Shown here in pieces: positions 60,871 to 64,000 of a stretch of DNA of 64,000 nucleotides. The translations under genes were made by a program, and so were the position numbers. The number at the start of each line of letters is the position of its first letter. The first letter of the stretch is position 1. Origin of the DNA: Octopus sinensis (taxonomy: Eukaryota); contig NC_043006.1 in the NCBI RefSeq assembly GCF_006345805.1, forward strand, positions 65,286,001 through 65,350,000, given 5' to 3'. The notes beneath the pieces were generated by a model. The model did no database searches. It saw only the letters and a program-made list of their open reading frames with translations, and was not told the origin of the DNA.

Positions 60871-61984
60871 TATTATTATTTTTAATCCTTTCCAATTTTA
60901 TTTGAATAAACACAAAAAATAATTTTATGGTTATGTTTCATGATTTCTTTTTGTTTTGAAGCTCTAATCTTCCTCTACAACGTTTGTTTATCGTTTTTGA
61001 AACCTGAGTCAATTTTACCTTTTAAGACACATGACAGAAAGCTAAGTAGAGGGAAAAAAAGTAAAGGAAAACGAACAACCCAATATTTCTTGTTAGTTAC
61101 TCTCATCAAAAAAAAAAAATAGGGACAGGATAAGTCTTAGCCGGAATACCTTTGATCATACACATGAGTAGAAACAATAACAACAATTGTTAAATATGAG
61201 ATATGAAGCGAAACTAATATCTATGATGACTGACGGTCATAAATTATTACTTAACAGTTGAATGAGGAAGGTTGATCCATGAAATTTTTGAGTAGAAATA
61301 TGGGTAAGGGAGACAACTCTAATTTTTCTTGTTTAGGCGACACCTGAAAGCAGTAGCTATTAACCATTTTTGGGCCTTGGACTCCTTTCATTCTTATTTT
61401 ACTCAGATGGATACCTTCTAGCAATTCAATGTTTTAAAAAATCCTATTAAAGTTTTATAGTTAAATATCATTGGGAACTGCACATAAAAAATGTTAAAAC
61501 ATTTTATGTATTGTAGAAATATAATCTATTTATTGCAGATAAAAGTTAACATCAAAATCTTATATAGAAACCGAAGGTTGACATGGACCTCGATTGAGAA
61601 CCATTACATTAAAGTAAATAATAACGAGCTGGTTGTATGCAGGGCTCAGGTGCTCTTCAACTGGCAAAGAAAAGGTGAAAGAGGGGACAGACATCAGTAA
61701 AAAAATATCAATTAAAGACAGCAATCACAGCCAAAACTGCATGCATAATACACAGAAAAAAACGCATGCACACAATATATATATTAAAAAAACCCCGGGA
61801 AACTTAACAGTAAACGCGCCAGATACAAGAAGTATATATCTACACAAATGTTCCTCTTCTACGACTTTGTTTCCTCATAGCTTTCACAAAAATGGATGTT
61901 TTTTAATGAAGTTTTCTACAAATACATTTCTAATGGTGATAGAGTACGGTTTTATTAGATATTAATATGAATAAACAATTGTAG

Positions 61985-62199
61985 AGTGGAAGTTGCTTAT
62001 GATCCATTTAAGAAACGCACAAAAACCGTTAGATTGACTTCAACATTTAAATTTAATTTGCCAAAATATTTTCGGCGCTTTCAGACCGCGACCTGTTCAC
62101 TGACAAAATTCCGTGAAACACCTTCCACGCTGCAATTGTTTTTGTTCTAGAAAACGATCGCAGATCAGGTTACTTGCTATGCAAGTACATCTCCGTAAT
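61985..62199. mobile_element. Partial copy of the fold-back MITE at 36379-36705
   Basis: Shares TTCAACATTTAAATTTAATTTG.CAAAATATTTTC...CCTGTTCACTGACAAAATTCC and the terminal TACTTGCTATGCAAGTACATCTCCGTAAT. Confidence 0.75.
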
Positions 62200-62972
62200 G
62201 TGAATAGAGATATCAAAAAAAGGTTCATGGGCGCACACACATACAAACTGAGATCACATAATTTTTTTCAAAATTTCAAATTTCATTTTGTAGATATATT
62301 CTTTTACTTGTTTCAGTCATTTTGACTGCGGCTATCATGGAGCACAGCCTTAAAGGGTTTTTAGTTGAAGCAATCGACCCCAGGACTTATTCTTTGTAAG
62401 CCTAGTACTTAATCTATTGCTCGCTTTTGCCAAACTGCTAAGTTACGGGGGACGTAAACACACCAACATTGGCTGTGAAGTGGTGATGTGGGACAAACAC
62501 AGACACAAAGACACACACACATAAATAAATAAATACATATATAAAGGTAACACATTTAGTCACGTTAACAAAGGGATGTGTGTTCGGGTCCCACACAGAT
62601 AGGAAAGCCTACTTTTTTCTATCAAGGGCTTATATGCCCCTTTATTAGACTATTTTCCCTAGTCATTGTACGGGGTTCACCATAAGCTTTAAGCTTATAT
62701 AAATACCATTATTATTATTCACAAGATTGTAAAACACGGCACTGTATAACAAAACCATTTGCACCAAAAACACACACACACACACATAAATTGACAGAAT
62801 GAGATTAAAAAAAACCAAGGCATATATATGCATGCTAATACATGACCCACGTTGGACTCCTCACTTGTATCATTATATAGCCTGGAGCTTAACCATGGTC
62901 TATCCATAGCACTTACTTAGCATTTACCCGATACCTTTTAGGTCTTCCTGACACCAGTACCTTTCATACCCT

Positions 62973-63049
<77 letters not shown>

Positions 63050-63122
63050 TATATATATTTGCCATGATAGATCACTAGCCACTACACATTCTTATTTTCT
63101 CTACCTGTTTCTTTCTGTGTTC

Positions 63123-63151
63123 CTTTCTGTGGAAGAGCAAAGGCTCGAAAC
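63123..63151 (+). ncRNA. Truncated hammerhead-like motif (U6 variant)
   Basis: CTTT-CTGTGGA-A-GAGC-AAAG-GCTC-GAAAC; 3' part missing. Confidence 0.45.
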
Positions 63152-63424
63152 ATTTTTGTTTTTTTTGTGAATTCTCCCCCTATATATATATATATATACA
63201 TATATATGACAGGCTTCTTTCAGTTTCCATTAACCAAATTCACTCACAAGGCTCTGGTCAACTCAAGGCTATAGTAGTCAGTATACATCCATGTATACCC
63301 ACCAATTTTCCTTTCCATATTAAATTTCGATATAATCACCTGAAAGTTGTTGAAAATTTTAATTAAAAAATCTTCTGAAAGTTATGAGGAAACCAAGTCA
63401 AGGGGGGAATACACTTGAGTGGGT

Positions 63425-63750
63425 ATGTCTATGCTAGGAGTTGTGTTGGTGAGTTTCGGGAAGCATGGATCTTTTAAAGGATGGCTAACAACTGATGTTG
63501 GTAGTTTATTCTATGCTTTATCAATTCTGGGTATGACAAAATGTTCCTGAAAGTTATGGGTACTGCATTGTATTTAAAAAAATTTTATAAGCATGTCTAC
63601 AAGTGGTACTGAATTTGAAAAAAAAAGGGGCCAAAATCATTGATGGAAAGATTATTGATAATCTCATGGGTTTCTGCCAGTTCAGCTGCTGGATGCCAAA
63701 GTGTTAGCATTTCTATACCATGTTATTGCTGGTTAGTATGGAGGGTAAAA
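63425..63750 (-). mobile_element. Old, diverged 3' fragment of the CR1/L2 family seen at 59.5-60.9 kb
   Basis: TTTCGGGAAGCATG...TTAAAGGATG...CAACTGATG...GTTTATTC.ATGCTT aligns with ~59555-59700. Confidence 0.7.
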
Positions 63751-63769
63751 TAGATCAGGAAATGATGAT

Positions 63770-63814
63770 AAGGATGATAATGATGATGATGATGATGATG
63801 ATGATGACGACGAC

Positions 63815-63851
<37 letters not shown>

Positions 63852-63930
63852 GCTACAATAAGGAGGACAACAGTGAGATGATGGTGATGGTGGTGGTTAT
63901 GTTGATGATAATGATGGTGACTCTGCTGCT
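63770..63930. repeat. (GAT)n microsatellite and degenerate flanks
   Basis: Directly visible. Confidence 0.9.
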
Positions 63931-64000
63931 GCAATTGTTGCTGCTGCTGATATTTTTCTAATCGTCTTTGTTCGTCTTGACCAAATCAGCTTTGATTGTA

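Overview
This is AT-rich, repeat-saturated animal genomic DNA. The repeat families and (TA)n/(CA)n/(CAT)n microsatellite load suggest an octopus-type cephalopod (inference; no database search run). Most ORF-track entries are microsatellite, SINE or satellite artefacts. Supported content: (1) a near full-length, frameshifted RTE-clade LINE (1140-~6175, minus) encoding APE endonuclease, RT and a PHD-like Cys-rich insert, whose 3' UTR is tandemly amplified; (2) a 4-kb insertion at 36706-40744 made almost entirely of that amplified 3' UTR, with 12 marker copies and long/short alternation; (3) an uninterrupted 5'-truncated CR1/L2-type RT frame (59539-60870, minus); (4) decayed Tc1/mariner elements (DD37D maT-type at 15.1-16.3 kb, two adjacent mariners at 55-57 kb), hAT and Tc1 MITEs, many SINEs and LINE tails; (5) numerous long fold-back elements and minimal hammerhead-ribozyme-like motifs of the Penelope-associated type, including a sub-family with a recurrent A6->U core change; (6) one convincing host coding exon missed by the ORF track (35167-35053, minus), the first exon of a predicted type II single-pass membrane protein whose later exons could not be securely found. 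No prokaryotic-type system, CRISPR array, rRNA or intact tRNA was seen. SINE and fragment boundaries are approximate (about +/-20 nt).
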